Shown: positions 1-10,691, numbered from the stretch's first letter. The stretch: 64,000 bases of DNA from Promethearchaeota archaeon (GCA_048938005.1 JBHLMQ010000002.1:96001-160000), one strand, 5' to 3'. The notes: a model not told the origin generated them from the letters alone. Numbers and translations are program-made.

Positions 1-109
1 AAACCATAAAATTTACTTTAAATATTTAATAATAAAGTTTCTACAGTTTTTAATGGTTTATTATTTAATAAAAAAGTTTTCAATACTAGACAAATTTGAT
101 TATAAGTCT

Positions 110-1060
110 TCAAGGATCTCCAAGGAGATCTCTTAAAGTATGATATTTCTTTCTAATTGTAGTACTTGAGAATTTACTATATTTCTCGATAAGGCTTTGC
201 GTAAAAATCTTCCTGTTTTCTAGAGTTTGTGAAATATAATAAATTAATCCTGCTACAAAAGCCTTATAATTAATGTTTTGAATGTTTTCATATGTAATTT
301 CATTGAGAATTTTATCCGCTGATAACTGCATATTAAGCTTTATCTTTTCGAATTGAGCCTTGTTTGAAAAAAAATCTTGCACCTCTTCAAAAGGAATACT
401 GTTTAAATCTTTTTGAAAAACTATCTTTATTCTATTTTTAATTTGTTTTTCTAAATCTGTAGGGCTCATCTTTTCTTTAAACATCTTCTCCGTCCTTTTC
501 ACTTTTAACATAGCGTTATTAAGCATTTTTTTATTAATTTTATGACCTAACTCTCTCGATACATCAATATATTCTTCGATTCGTATATTTGTAGTATCTT
601 TTATTTGCATCCATACAATAGCAAGAAAAATTATAACCATATTTTGATAATTGTGGCGATGGTATTTATTATAGCGTAAATAGCGATCTTTAATTTCTTG
701 ATACTTTACGTTATCAATATTTAATCCAATCCCATGACTTTTAAGTAATTCAATTGTTTTTTTTTGCTCAGTAAAGTCAGATTCATAGTCTCTGAACCAT
801 TTTTCAAGTGTTTTTATTCGGTCATATTTTTCTTTGATTACAGGATCTTGAAGTGCTTTAGAATCACCTACCCTAATTCTTCTTTCATAATCTCTCTGTG
901 CTTCTGTAAAAAACTCACTTGTTGATCTTGTATCCGCGAAAGCAACTTTATCTTCCATAATTAAGCCACAATCTTGGCAAACAATAAAACCACTATCTTG
1001 TTTGGTATTCTTATGAGAGCACTCAGAGATTTCCGAAATAACTTTCTTTTTATCTTTCAA
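110..1060 (-). CDS. Divergent TFIIB/TFB-like protein (Zn ribbon + cyclin-fold repeats)
   Basis: N-terminal CSH..GFIVCQDCGLI Zn ribbon; C-terminal AFVAGLIYYIS..FTQSLIEKYSKFSSTTIRKKY resembles the TFB second cyclin repeat/HTH; TTG start. Confidence 0.7.
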   Translation of the reverse strand: MKDKKKVISEISECSHKNTKQDSGFIVCQDCGLIMEDKVAFADTRSTSEFFTEAQRDYERRIRVGDSKALQDPVIKEKYDRIKTLEKWFRDYESDFTEQKKTIELLKSHGIGLNIDNVKYQEIKDRYLRYNKYHRHNYQNMVIIFLAIVWMQIKDTTNIRIEEYIDVSRELGHKINKKMLNNAMLKVKRTEKMFKEKMSPTDLEKQIKNRIKIVFQKDLNSIPFEEVQDFFSNKAQFEKIKLNMQLSADKILNEITYENIQNINYKAFVAGLIYYISQTLENRKIFTQSLIEKYSKFSSTTIRKKYHTLRDLLGDP

Positions 1061-1212
1061 AAGACAATCAGTTTAAAACTTTTAGTTTTACTAAAATAGA
1101 ATCTGGTAAAAAAACAATAATATTAAAAATTTTTATTAATTCCAAAAACAATAATAAGATTAATTGCATAAAAAAGTTTCTTGCTTTTTTAATCAATTTA
1201 AGTGGATTTAAA

Positions 1213-1797
1213 ATGGAATATAAAAAAGTTCTTAAATTTGTTGAAATCGTTGGTTCTATATTTATAATTATTTCAATAATCGAGATTGCATATATTATTT
1301 TGTTAAATTTTACTCAATTTAATATTGATGGTACCTCACTTATGTTATCAGAATTTATTTATTCTGCCTCAATCATCCCACTTTCAGGAACAATATTATG
1401 GCTTTTCCTGAATGCTTCTATGGTTTGTTTTTTAATCCTTGGAATTTTCATGTATAAGATAGCTTCAGATAAAAACATTGAAAGCAACCCATTAGCAAAA
1501 TTTTTAGTTGTTAATGGTATGGTGATTCTATTAGTAGGTTTTGTTAAAATGAATTATTTAGTACTATTAGGAAAAGAAAAGATTACAACCCTTTCCGGCT
1601 CAATTCCTTTTCAAACTGCGCTTTTTGATCGTAATATTACTCCACTTATGCCTGGAATATTCTGGACTTTCTTTATTTCAGTAAATTGTGCGATTTTAAT
1701 AACTGGACTAGCAGTAACAGCAGTTGGAATAAAATGGACTCTCCTAAAAGAACAAGCTGAAAAATCTAAATTAAATATTCAAAAAGAGAAAAAATAA
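1213..1797 (+). CDS. Hypothetical membrane protein (about 4 TM)
   Basis: 194-aa ORF with four hydrophobic segments. Confidence 0.6.
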   Translation: MEYKKVLKFVEIVGSIFIIISIIEIAYIILLNFTQFNIDGTSLMLSEFIYSASIIPLSGTILWLFLNASMVCFLILGIFMYKIASDKNIESNPLAKFLVVNGMVILLVGFVKMNYLVLLGKEKITTLSGSIPFQTALFDRNITPLMPGIFWTFFISVNCAILITGLAVTAVGIKWTLLKEQAEKSKLNIQKEKK

Positions 1798-1799
1798 GT

Positions 1800-2726
1800 T
1801 TAAGATAATTTACTTTTTATTTGTTTTGCACGAGAACGTAGAGTAACCTCTGTAATCTTAGCTACATCAGCTACTTTTGATTGGGTTTTACGAATTGAAC
1901 CATTTTTAGCTGCAATATAAATACAAGCAGCAGCTAATCCTTTCGGGTCTTTTCCAGTCCTTTTTAACCCATTTTTAGAAGCGTCTTTTAACATATTAAT
2001 TGCGGTTTTTTGAATCTGAATAGGTAAGTCGAGCTCATTCCCAAATCGAAATACCAATGATTCCGCAGTTATTGGCTGATATCTTAAATTAAGTTCTGGT
2101 AACACCTCTCGAATAATCATAGCTAAACTTCTGTGAACAGTCCTTCTTGGTGTTAATGATGCTTCACAAATCTCATCTAATAATCGTGGAAAATCATGAA
2201 CGCGAATAGAAGCATATAATGACCCAGAAATAAATCCATTTATTGATCTCCCCATAGTCAATTTCTTTTTCGCGACTACACTGTATATTTTCCAGGCAGT
2301 TTCGGCAATATATTCTGGGATATTGAGTTTAGAAGTTAGCATTTTCAATTTAGGCTTTGCTTCCCAAAAATTCCTTTCAATGCTTGAAATTAATGAGTTT
2401 TGAATTTTTGAGAGTCGAGAGAAAAGGGCTTGCTCTTTGGCACCTATACTCTTCCCCTTGCTGTCTGTCTTAGTGTTCGGGAGCATAGTGCGAGGTCCAA
2501 AATCCCTCCAACGAGGTTCTGTCCTACGTCGGTTCTGTATTTCCTCGATTGTATACGCGCGTCTTTCATTTCCGACAAAGGTTCTTTCGAAGATGACTCC
2601 GCAATTTAGACAAACTTTATTTCCATCCCGAGATTCAATAAACGGATTATCACAGCATTCAGATTGGGGTAATTGATTTTCATCGATTTTAGTATTTTTC
2701 AAAAAGTCACGATATTGCTCATTCAT
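1800..2726 (-). CDS. tfb: Transcription initiation factor IIB (TFB)
   Basis: Zn ribbon CCDNP..VCLNCG, ERRAY, two cyclin repeats (GRSI..YASIR..PRLLDEI; GKDPKGLAAACIYIA..TQSKVADVAKITEVTLRSR). ATG at 2726 preferred over TTG at 2753. Confidence 0.92.
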   Translation of the reverse strand: MNEQYRDFLKNTKIDENQLPQSECCDNPFIESRDGNKVCLNCGVIFERTFVGNERRAYTIEEIQNRRRTEPRWRDFGPRTMLPNTKTDSKGKSIGAKEQALFSRLSKIQNSLISSIERNFWEAKPKLKMLTSKLNIPEYIAETAWKIYSVVAKKKLTMGRSINGFISGSLYASIRVHDFPRLLDEICEASLTPRRTVHRSLAMIIREVLPELNLRYQPITAESLVFRFGNELDLPIQIQKTAINMLKDASKNGLKRTGKDPKGLAAACIYIAAKNGSIRKTQSKVADVAKITEVTLRSRAKQIKSKLS

Positions 2727-2770
2727 AGTGATCACGGGGTAACAAATTGTCAAAAAAGCGCTAACTACAT

Positions 2771-2809
2771 CATATCACAGCTATTAATTTATTAATATAC
2801 GGTGATATG
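2771..2809. promoter_or_regulatory. Nested inverted repeat in the tfb upstream/leader region
   Basis: CATATCAC-agc-TATTAAT-tt-ATTAATA-tacg-GTGATATG; TTTAAATA TATA-like box on the minus strand near 2829-2836. Confidence 0.5.
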
Positions 2810-3040
2810 CTTATAGATCAAAGTTATGTATTTAAATATTTTGAAAAAAGATTGTTGAATGTGATTTTTTCTGAATTTTTTTTTAATAAATTATAAAGAG
2901 ATAAGGCTATTTTATCAATTTTTAAAAAATAAAATAAAAAATTTGTCAAAGTGTTTAATTTCTTATTAATTATTAGTGATTAGGTCAATATTCTACAGAA
3001 TGTTTTAATTGAAAAATAGAAAAAAAAGGATTTTTTATTT

Positions 3041-3352
3041 TTAATTTTTTATTACGGCTTCTAATTTTTGTTTAGTTTCAACAACTTCATTATATTTTCT
3101 TCTAATATATTTTATTAGTTTTATTAGAAGAATTGTTCCTACTATTGCCATAGTGAATAAAATTAAAGTACTATAAGGAGTAAATGAGCAATGTGCATAA
3201 TATCCTAGATAACACGGCTTACTTGCATCATCTGGAATAAAGGTCATAATCCCAGCAGAAATTCCACCTATTACTAATGATACTACAAATATTATGTAGA
3301 ATAATAATAGGAATACTTTTATGATATTTTTTAATATTTTTTTTATTTCCAA
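3041..3352 (-). CDS. Small 2-TM protein with CYLGYYAHCSFTP loop
   Basis: Two TM helices flanking a Cys pair. Confidence 0.6.
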   Translation of the reverse strand: MEIKKILKNIIKVFLLLFYIIFVVSLVIGGISAGIMTFIPDDASKPCYLGYYAHCSFTPYSTLILFTMAIVGTILLIKLIKYIRRKYNEVVETKQKLEAVIKN

Positions 3353-3634
3353 CTTTTTTCACCAAATTTAGGTTTGAGTTAATTTATTATTCAAAATCAT
3401 CCTCATATATTTCCATGTACGCTGAGAATTAGAAAAAATAATTAATATTAACAAAAGAAAGAATAATATTTTACATTGAAAAGTCAAAAAACTACGAGTT
3501 ATATAGTTCATTTATCAACTAATTGGTTGAAAATCTAATTATATTTGGTAATGAAATAGGTTAATTTAATCACGCTGACCTAAACTTAGAATTATATCGA
3601 GTAGCATTCCATATATAAATTAAAAAATTATGAG

Positions 3635-3832
3635 GTGATAATGATTAGTTTTAATTGTCCTTGCCCAAAAACAGGATGTTCGAACCATGGCAATTGTGAA
3701 GAATGTACCAAATATCACTCAACTTCAAACAGCTTGCCTTTTTGCCAACGCGAACATGGTTTTTTCACAAAAATTTTTTATAGAAAAAATTATGAAATGG
3801 TTCAAATGTTAAAAAGTGAGGGGAAAATATGA
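3635..3832 (+). CDS. Small Cys/His-rich metal-binding protein (DUF6485-like)
   Basis: CPCPKTGCSNHGNCEECTKYH..LPFC motif; ATGA overlap with next gene. Confidence 0.65.
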   Translation: MIMISFNCPCPKTGCSNHGNCEECTKYHSTSNSLPFCQREHGFFTKIFYRKNYEMVQMLKSEGKI

Positions 3833-4323
3833 AAAAAGCACTAATTCTATATGATTCTGTATATGGAAATACAAAAAAGGTAGCGATGTCATTGAGTCGA
3901 GGATTAGAAGCTGGAGGAGTCTATGTAGATAGTAATTCTATCCAAGATTTTGATATAGAAGATTTAAAATACTATAATATCATTGGAATTGGTGGTCCAA
4001 CACACTATCGTGGAGCTTCGAAAAAAATGAAATCATTTTTAAACAGAATCAAACATCTCAAAATGGAGGATAAATATGGATTTGCTTTTGAGACAAAAGG
4101 AGAATTCCGCTTAGCTGGATCAGCTGCCAAAAGAATTACAAGATATTTAAATAAGTTAAAAATTAAGATTATCCATCACACTATTACTGGGATTGTACTT
4201 GATCAAGAAGGTCCATTAAAAGATGCAACTCTAGATTTAATGGAACGTATTGGATTAAATATCTCAGAAAGAATAAATAATATCAATACTGAATCAGAAC
4301 TTAAAGGAGGGATAAAAATTTGA
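3829..4323 (+). CDS. Flavodoxin family protein
   Basis: ILYDSVYGNTKKVA FMN-binding loop; GGPTH. Confidence 0.88.
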   Translation: MKKALILYDSVYGNTKKVAMSLSRGLEAGGVYVDSNSIQDFDIEDLKYYNIIGIGGPTHYRGASKKMKSFLNRIKHLKMEDKYGFAFETKGEFRLAGSAAKRITRYLNKLKIKIIHHTITGIVLDQEGPLKDATLDLMERIGLNISERINNINTESELKGGIKI

Positions 4324-4661
4324 ACAATTTAAAGGTTAAAATTTTATTAAATCAGTTGAAGTGGATTCTTTTAGGAGGGGGCCCCATATTTTTCTTTATA
4401 CGAGCAATATATCTCGCAAGCACAGGAGGGGATACTTTTAGCACAGTAAATCCAGTTCTTTCTTGGTTTCTCCTCTTTTCAGAAATCAGTATTTCAGCAA
4501 TTTCTGGAAGTGCGGGGATTCTTGGCTTAATATCCTGGAATAGAGACAAACATCAAATAAAATTACACTATAAAAATTATTTGAAGAAAACAGTCTTGTT
4601 TGCAGGTATTACTACCTATATTATCCATTTTATAAGAGTCGCAATTTGGTTAAGTTTATGA
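4320..4661 (+). CDS. Hypothetical membrane protein (3 TM)
   Basis: Overlaps the flavodoxin stop; hydrophobic segments. Confidence 0.6.
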   Translation: MNNLKVKILLNQLKWILLGGGPIFFFIRAIYLASTGGDTFSTVNPVLSWFLLFSEISISAISGSAGILGLISWNRDKHQIKLHYKNYLKKTVLFAGITTYIIHFIRVAIWLSL

Positions 4662-4701
4662 GGGATATAAGCCGTTTAATCAATAAATTCCTTAATTTTT
4701 T

Positions 4702-5826
4702 CTAATAATTCTCTTTTAAGTAAGGTATGATTTCCTCACACATTAATTGGTTTGCATATTCCCAATTATATTTACTATTTTTATCTTCTAAAGGATTACT
4801 TATCATTAATACAAAATACTGAACTCCTGCTTTAATTAAATTCTCGAGTTTAGCAATAATCTCTTCTTTTGGACCGATTAAAGAAGAATCACGAATAAAT
4901 GAATCAGGAATATCCTTAACAATTTGATTAATTATGTCAAAATCATAGTTATCATATGATGAAAGTTTAGGTAGTGGAGAGGTTTCTGGATTATAACCAA
5001 GTTTCTGATATAATTCTTGCATTTCTTCGTTCCAGTAGCCCAATGTTTTTAGATGGTAAGGACTGTAAATAGCCAGAGATCTCTTTCTACCTGCAGTGAG
5101 TTCAGCTAAAGTATTTTCATCATCATCAATATAAATAAAGTTCCAATAACCAAATGTAAAATCTTCTAGTTTTCTTTTACTTTTACTGAGCCCTATTTTT
5201 ACTTCTTCCATTTCGATTTTATAAATTTTTGAATTAAATGAGTAAGGAAGCCATCCATCACCGATTCTCCCAGTTAATTTCCGAGTTCTAGATCCATTGG
5301 CAGCTACCCACACTGGTATATTTCCTTTAAGTGGTGAAGGCTGTAAAATAGCTTCTTGAAACTTATAAAAATCACCACTAAAACTTACTCTATCTCCATT
5401 TGATTTCCATAATTTCCTGAGAACTTCAATATATTCTTCCATTTTAGAGACTGGTTTATTCTTCTCAATCCCATAATTATCGAGATTGAATGCTTCACCA
5501 GGCCCTATTCCATATATAAATCTCCCATTAGAGATATGATCAATTGTAACACATATCTGAGCTACTATCTGAGGCAGATATCGATGAGGATCTGTTACTG
5601 CTAAACCAAGTTCAGCTTTAGATTTCATTTCCGCGTATACAGGAAAGAGTGCCCATACGTTATAATTTTGAAATGAAAATGAGGGCGGAAGTCCGCCTAA
5701 ATGGTCACCAACCCAAATACCATCCCATATATCTTCATTAATTGCTTCAATAAATTCCTTATAACTTTTCCAGCTTTTTGTATCCTTAAATATACTCATA
5801 TCGATTCCAAACTTAATTTTACTCAT
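4702..5826 (-). CDS. LLM-class (luciferase-like) flavin/F420-dependent oxidoreductase
   Basis: GIWVGDH, TIDHISNGRFIYGIGPG, FSGDFY, IGDGWLP motifs. Confidence 0.88.
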   Translation of the reverse strand: MSKIKFGIDMSIFKDTKSWKSYKEFIEAINEDIWDGIWVGDHLGGLPPSFSFQNYNVWALFPVYAEMKSKAELGLAVTDPHRYLPQIVAQICVTIDHISNGRFIYGIGPGEAFNLDNYGIEKNKPVSKMEEYIEVLRKLWKSNGDRVSFSGDFYKFQEAILQPSPLKGNIPVWVAANGSRTRKLTGRIGDGWLPYSFNSKIYKIEMEEVKIGLSKSKRKLEDFTFGYWNFIYIDDDENTLAELTAGRKRSLAIYSPYHLKTLGYWNEEMQELYQKLGYNPETSPLPKLSSYDNYDFDIINQIVKDIPDSFIRDSSLIGPKEEIIAKLENLIKAGVQYFVLMISNPLEDKNSKYNWEYANQLMCEEIIPYLKENY

Positions 5827-5932
5827 TGTTTTTCGCTTATCCTCTATTATATATCAAGATAATTAAAAAAAGGTGTTAACTAGTATTTATAAATTTAGTA
5901 TATTTTTATTTATAAAATCTGTTTATATTGCA

Positions 5933-6847
5933 TTATTTTTTATATAATATCTTCTCTTTCCAAGTCTCAAAATAATATACTTTATACATGATATCAAAAA
6001 TAATTGAATCAACATTTTCCTTTTTTATATTATCAACTAATTCCGTTAGTTCCTTCGTATTATTGACCCATACCCAACATAGAATTATATTAGGAAGATT
6101 GCTAAAAGTCCAGCAATAAAAGAGATTTGGATAAAATTTCTCATTTAATAAATGTGCGATTTCGTTTTTATCAACCGAAGGTTTTACAGTTATTTGGAAT
6201 GTTGCAAAAATATCACTTGAAGCTTCAGGATTAAAATTAATGGATAATTCAATGATACCCTCCTCAATCATTCTATTTAAGCGACGCCGAACTGTATTTG
6301 AGGTACTGTTAATTTCGTCTGCGACCTCGGCTATAGGTTTTCGAGAGTCATTATGTAGTGATCGAATAATTTCTAAATCAAGTTTATCATAGCTCATTGC
6401 TCTTGACTTTGGAACAATATAAGGAATTGGCGCAATATAATGTACTCCTGAAAGTAGTCCAATTTTTGGAGATTGAATTTTTGTGGCTTGGGATACAAAG
6501 GATGAATATTCATCTAATTGATGAATATTTTGCAACATTGCTCCTATATACATATAATTCCTACTTGATAATGCTATCTGCCAAGTATTATCATGTTTCT
6601 CTAATTCACCTATTACTTTATTCATATCTTGAACATTACTTTGTCCAAAAATAAATGTATAGATGGCATTTATCGCATAAGGTTTCAATCTTGCAGCAAA
6701 TTTTTCTATAATTCTTAGATCTATGAGTATTTGTACTCTTTTATATACAGCATTAACAGACAAACCTAAATAATCTGAAATCTCTCTATATGTTAATCTT
6801 GAATTGTTCATTAGAAGTAGAATAATTTTAAGATCAATTTCATCCAT
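5933..6847 (-). CDS. Tandem-domain Lrp/AsnC transcriptional regulator
   Basis: Two AsnC HTHs: MDEIDLKIILLLMNNSR and DKLDLEIIRSLHNDSRKP. Confidence 0.88.
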   Translation of the reverse strand: MDEIDLKIILLLMNNSRLTYREISDYLGLSVNAVYKRVQILIDLRIIEKFAARLKPYAINAIYTFIFGQSNVQDMNKVIGELEKHDNTWQIALSSRNYMYIGAMLQNIHQLDEYSSFVSQATKIQSPKIGLLSGVHYIAPIPYIVPKSRAMSYDKLDLEIIRSLHNDSRKPIAEVADEINSTSNTVRRRLNRMIEEGIIELSINFNPEASSDIFATFQITVKPSVDKNEIAHLLNEKFYPNLFYCWTFSNLPNIILCWVWVNNTKELTELVDNIKKENVDSIIFDIMYKVYYFETWKEKILYKK

Positions 6848-6906
6848 ACATAAAAGAAATAAAAGAAAAAATAAAATATTTTCAGCTATTATAAAAATTC
6901 ATAATT

Positions 6907-8637
6907 ATGAACATTGTAAGAATCAATATTGAGAATGAAGATATTCAATTTAAAGAAATAACTCAAAATTCAAAATATTTCCTGCTTGGTGCTAGAGGTC
7001 TAAGTTCTCAGATTATTCATGATGACGTGCCTCCATTATCTGATCCTTTAGGGAGGGAAAATAAACTAATTCTTGCCAACGGTCTTCTTGGTGGCAGTCC
7101 ATTTCCTTGTTCTGCTCGTACATCAGTAGGCGCTAAAAGTCCCTTGACTAATGGTATAAAAGAAGCCAATGTGGGAGGAAGACCTGCCATGATGTTAGCA
7201 AGACATGGTATTAGGGCAATTGTATTAGAAGATATATCATCAGTATTAAAACTTATCTTAATTGATGAGGATAATGTTAAGATTTTACCTGCATTAGAAT
7301 ATAGAGGTTTAGGTAATTATAAGCTTCATTCGAAATTAAAACAAAAATATGGAGAAAATATTGGAGTTTACTCTATTGGTCCCGCAGGTGAGCATTTGAT
7401 GAAATCAGCAACTATAGGTGCTAATGATTTAGAAGGGTACCCAAGTAGGCATGCTGCTAGAGGAGGATTAGGAGCTGTAATGGGTTCTAAAAAGATTAAA
7501 GCAGTAGTTATCATACCCCCAAAAACCTCAAAAGTTGCAATGCATGATTTAAAAAAGTTTAGGAAAGCTTCAAGTCCATTTGCGAAAAATCTGGCTCAAT
7601 CTAAAGAAAAATTCTCAACATTCGGTACACCAATGATGATGGCAGGAATGAGTGGATACGGAGGCATTCCAACAAAAAATTTCCAAATGGGATCATATGA
7701 TAAAATTGAAAACATCTCAGGAGAAGCACTTCATGAACTTGTTGTTGCAAGAGGCGGAAAAAAGAGATTAGCATGTTCGCCAACATGTGTGATTAAATGT
7801 TCAAATTTAGTTGTTGATGAGCATGGAAACCATATAACATCTAGTCTAGAATATGAAACCATGGCATTAAATGGATCTAACTTGTTGATTGAAGATCTAG
7901 ATAGCTTAGCTAAGATTGATCACTTATGCGATGACATTGGTATTGATACAATTGAATTTGGAGGCACTGTGGGGGTTGCGATGGATTGTGGAAGAGTAGA
8001 GTGGGGAGATGCTGAAAAAGTTTTAAAAATCTTAGATAATGAAATACGAAAAAATACAGAAGAGGGTCAATTGTATGGTAATGGTGTTAAAAACATTGGA
8101 GATAAGCTTAATGCAAAACGAATCCCCCAGATAAAAGGACAAGGAATATCAGCTTACGATTGTAGAGTTTTTAAGGCAATGGGAGTGACTTATGCAACTT
8201 CACCTATGGGAGCAGATCATACATCTGGGGCAGCTATTGCTGGAAGAGTTGCGAGTCAGCATAAAGATTATGGAGAATTAACCAAAAATGAGGGTAAACT
8301 TGATTTATCTTTTGAATTACAAATTTACACTGCGATATTAGACTCGATGGGGTGTTGTTATTTTATAGGTCCTAGTTATGAAAACATAGAAATTGTAAAA
8401 AGTGCGATTAATGCTATGTACAATTTAAATTTGACAAGAAAAGATATAATCAACATTGGTATACAAATCATTAAAACTGAACTTGAATTTAATGATAAAG
8501 CAGGAATTACTCCAGAAATGAACGATGTTCCCGAATTCTTCAGAGAACAACCCTCAGAACCAGTAGATTTAAAATTTACTTTTGATCTTGATGAATTGAA
8601 ATCTTTTTGGAATAGATTAGATAATCATGAGTTTTAA
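6907..8637 (+). CDS. aor: Aldehyde:ferredoxin oxidoreductase (tungsten AOR family)
   Basis: KSPLTNGIKEAN, IGPAGE, RGGLGAVMGSK, CSPTCVIKC, EYET, DDIGIDTI, GADH. Confidence 0.92.
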   Translation: MNIVRINIENEDIQFKEITQNSKYFLLGARGLSSQIIHDDVPPLSDPLGRENKLILANGLLGGSPFPCSARTSVGAKSPLTNGIKEANVGGRPAMMLARHGIRAIVLEDISSVLKLILIDEDNVKILPALEYRGLGNYKLHSKLKQKYGENIGVYSIGPAGEHLMKSATIGANDLEGYPSRHAARGGLGAVMGSKKIKAVVIIPPKTSKVAMHDLKKFRKASSPFAKNLAQSKEKFSTFGTPMMMAGMSGYGGIPTKNFQMGSYDKIENISGEALHELVVARGGKKRLACSPTCVIKCSNLVVDEHGNHITSSLEYETMALNGSNLLIEDLDSLAKIDHLCDDIGIDTIEFGGTVGVAMDCGRVEWGDAEKVLKILDNEIRKNTEEGQLYGNGVKNIGDKLNAKRIPQIKGQGISAYDCRVFKAMGVTYATSPMGADHTSGAAIAGRVASQHKDYGELTKNEGKLDLSFELQIYTAILDSMGCCYFIGPSYENIEIVKSAINAMYNLNLTRKDIINIGIQIIKTELEFNDKAGITPEMNDVPEFFREQPSEPVDLKFTFDLDELKSFWNRLDNHEF

Positions 8638-8646
8638 TCATTAACA

Positions 8647-9282
8647 TTACTTTTTCTTATTTCGAAGCATTGCATGAAAATAAAAATCAGAATTTGGAAC
8701 CTGTATTTTTCCAATAAGTTCAAATCCGAAATGCTCATAAATTTGAACATTTTTTTCATTTTCAGTATGTAAATAGCATGGTAAGTTTTGTTCATCAATT
8801 TCAGCAATTTTCATCCTTAATAATTTACTACTATAACCCTTACCTTGATGAATTGGATCTACACCAATAATAGCTAAATACCAATGAGGAAAATTCACAT
8901 TTTCCGTTTGAAATGAATTAGCAATTTCTTCAAAGATGCCCAACCTCTCCATAAATATTGGATCAGAAATTTCCGCTCTTTTAACTTTTCGCAATCTTCT
9001 ACTAATTTCCTTAGATTGTTTACCTATTATCCGATTTTTTATTCTATAAGGATACCAAACAGCAACACCCTCAATTTCCCTTGATGTTGTATATACCTCA
9101 CCAGATAAAATTCCAACTAAAATTAAAAGTTCACAGTGAGTAATAATTTTAGTCTTTCTTTCAATAGGATCTGGAAAACAATACACAAATAAAGGATCAT
9201 CTTGAATAGCTCGACCAATTACTTTACTTGCTTTTTCAATTTGATCTAGTTGCAATTGTTCAAGTTGATATAATTCACTCAT
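8647..9282 (-). CDS. GNAT family N-acetyltransferase
   Basis: HWYLAIIGVDPIHQGKGY, YLHT..NVQIYEHFGF. Confidence 0.88.
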   Translation of the reverse strand: MSELYQLEQLQLDQIEKASKVIGRAIQDDPLFVYCFPDPIERKTKIITHCELLILVGILSGEVYTTSREIEGVAVWYPYRIKNRIIGKQSKEISRRLRKVKRAEISDPIFMERLGIFEEIANSFQTENVNFPHWYLAIIGVDPIHQGKGYSSKLLRMKIAEIDEQNLPCYLHTENEKNVQIYEHFGFELIGKIQVPNSDFYFHAMLRNKKK

Positions 9283-9403
9283 AATCTATTTTAAAGCATA
9301 TTTTTTTTATTTATCTAAAATTGGATTAATTGAATAATATTAATCATTAAAAAAGAAAATAAAATATATAAAATATACTAACCAAAAAACACTAATTAAT
9401 TAG

Positions 9404-10282
9404 GTGAATATATTGAGAATTGGCGCACATATGAGTGTTTCTGGGGGTAAACATTTGGCTTTCGAGACTGGAAAAGAATTGGGTTGCGAAGCAATTCAAG
9501 TATTTGTTAGAAATGTACGTGGTTGGATTTCTAAGCCTCTAGAACAAAAAGAGATAGGTGAATTTATAGAGAAGAAAGAAGAATTAAAAGATGAAATTTG
9601 GCCGATAATTTCACATAACAGTTATTTAGTAAATCTAGCAAGTTTAGATAAGGAGAAATTAGAAAAATCATATAATGCTATGCTTGATGAACTTACTAAA
9701 GTAGACCAATTAAGAATAGAATACGAGAACATGCACCCTGGGGTTATTCCTATCAGTGATAAGAAAGAAATTACTAAAGCAGAAGCACTAACTCAAATTG
9801 CTGATCAATTAAATAAGTTAATGGATGCCACAAAATCCTCAAAAGCTACTATTTTACTTGAAACGACTGCAGGACAAGGAAAAGGTTTAGGGAATAAATT
9901 CCACCATTTTAAAACAATAATAGATAAAATACAAAATAAAAATAGAATAGGGATCTGTTTTGATACAGCCCATTCTTTTGCAGCGGGATATGATTTTACA
10001 ACAAAAAAGGGATATGAGGAGATGTGGAATGAATTCGATGATGTTATTGGTTTGAAATATTTATTTGCATTTCATTTAAATGATACTGATAAAGAATGTG
10101 GCTCCAGAGTTGATAGACACACTCATATTGGTCAAGGAGAAATCGGGAAAGAACCTTTTGGTTTTTTTATAAATGATGAAAGATTTAAGGATATGCCGGG
10201 AATATTGGAAACTCCAAAAGGAAAAGATATGAAAGAAGATATTATGAACATAAAAACTCTTAAGTCATTAAGAAAGAAATAA
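9404..10282 (+). CDS. nfo: Endonuclease IV (AP endonuclease)
   Basis: IGAHMS, HNSYLVNL, HPG, LETTAGQG, CFDTAH, HLND, DRH, ILETP. Confidence 0.95.
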   Translation: MNILRIGAHMSVSGGKHLAFETGKELGCEAIQVFVRNVRGWISKPLEQKEIGEFIEKKEELKDEIWPIISHNSYLVNLASLDKEKLEKSYNAMLDELTKVDQLRIEYENMHPGVIPISDKKEITKAEALTQIADQLNKLMDATKSSKATILLETTAGQGKGLGNKFHHFKTIIDKIQNKNRIGICFDTAHSFAAGYDFTTKKGYEEMWNEFDDVIGLKYLFAFHLNDTDKECGSRVDRHTHIGQGEIGKEPFGFFINDERFKDMPGILETPKGKDMKEDIMNIKTLKSLRKK

Positions 10283-10283
10283 A

Positions 10284-10691
10284 TCAAATCTCTACTTTAA
10301 ACCACATAGGGGAATCATCAGATGGTACGCCATTGTAATTTACAGTTATTTCTTCCCCTTTAGATATATTTCGAATAGTGATATATTTAATACATTTATT
10401 TTTATAATCATAGATATATTTTACATTCGGATTATACGAGTGATTTATAAACTGGCTAACACTTAAGGAAACCGCAGAATCATATTCTCCAACCCACTGA
10501 GGATCATCCCATTCAAAAGAATAATTAGATAAAACTGTTTCTTTAATTAAATCCCATTCTTTGTTAGAGATAAGAATAACATGGGCAATATCTATAATCA
10601 CTCCTTTTGCAATATCTATATTAGCAAATACACCTTTTCCTTTTTTTCTAGATATGAATTTTACTTCTAAAAGATTTTTCATGGAATTCAC
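10284..10691 (-). CDS. Minimal SET-domain methyltransferase
   Basis: KGKGVFA, FINHSYNPN, GEEITVNY. Confidence 0.9.
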   Translation of the reverse strand: MNSMKNLLEVKFISRKKGKGVFANIDIAKGVIIDIAHVILISNKEWDLIKETVLSNYSFEWDDPQWVGEYDSAVSLSVSQFINHSYNPNVKYIYDYKNKCIKYITIRNISKGEEITVNYNGVPSDDSPMWFKVEI

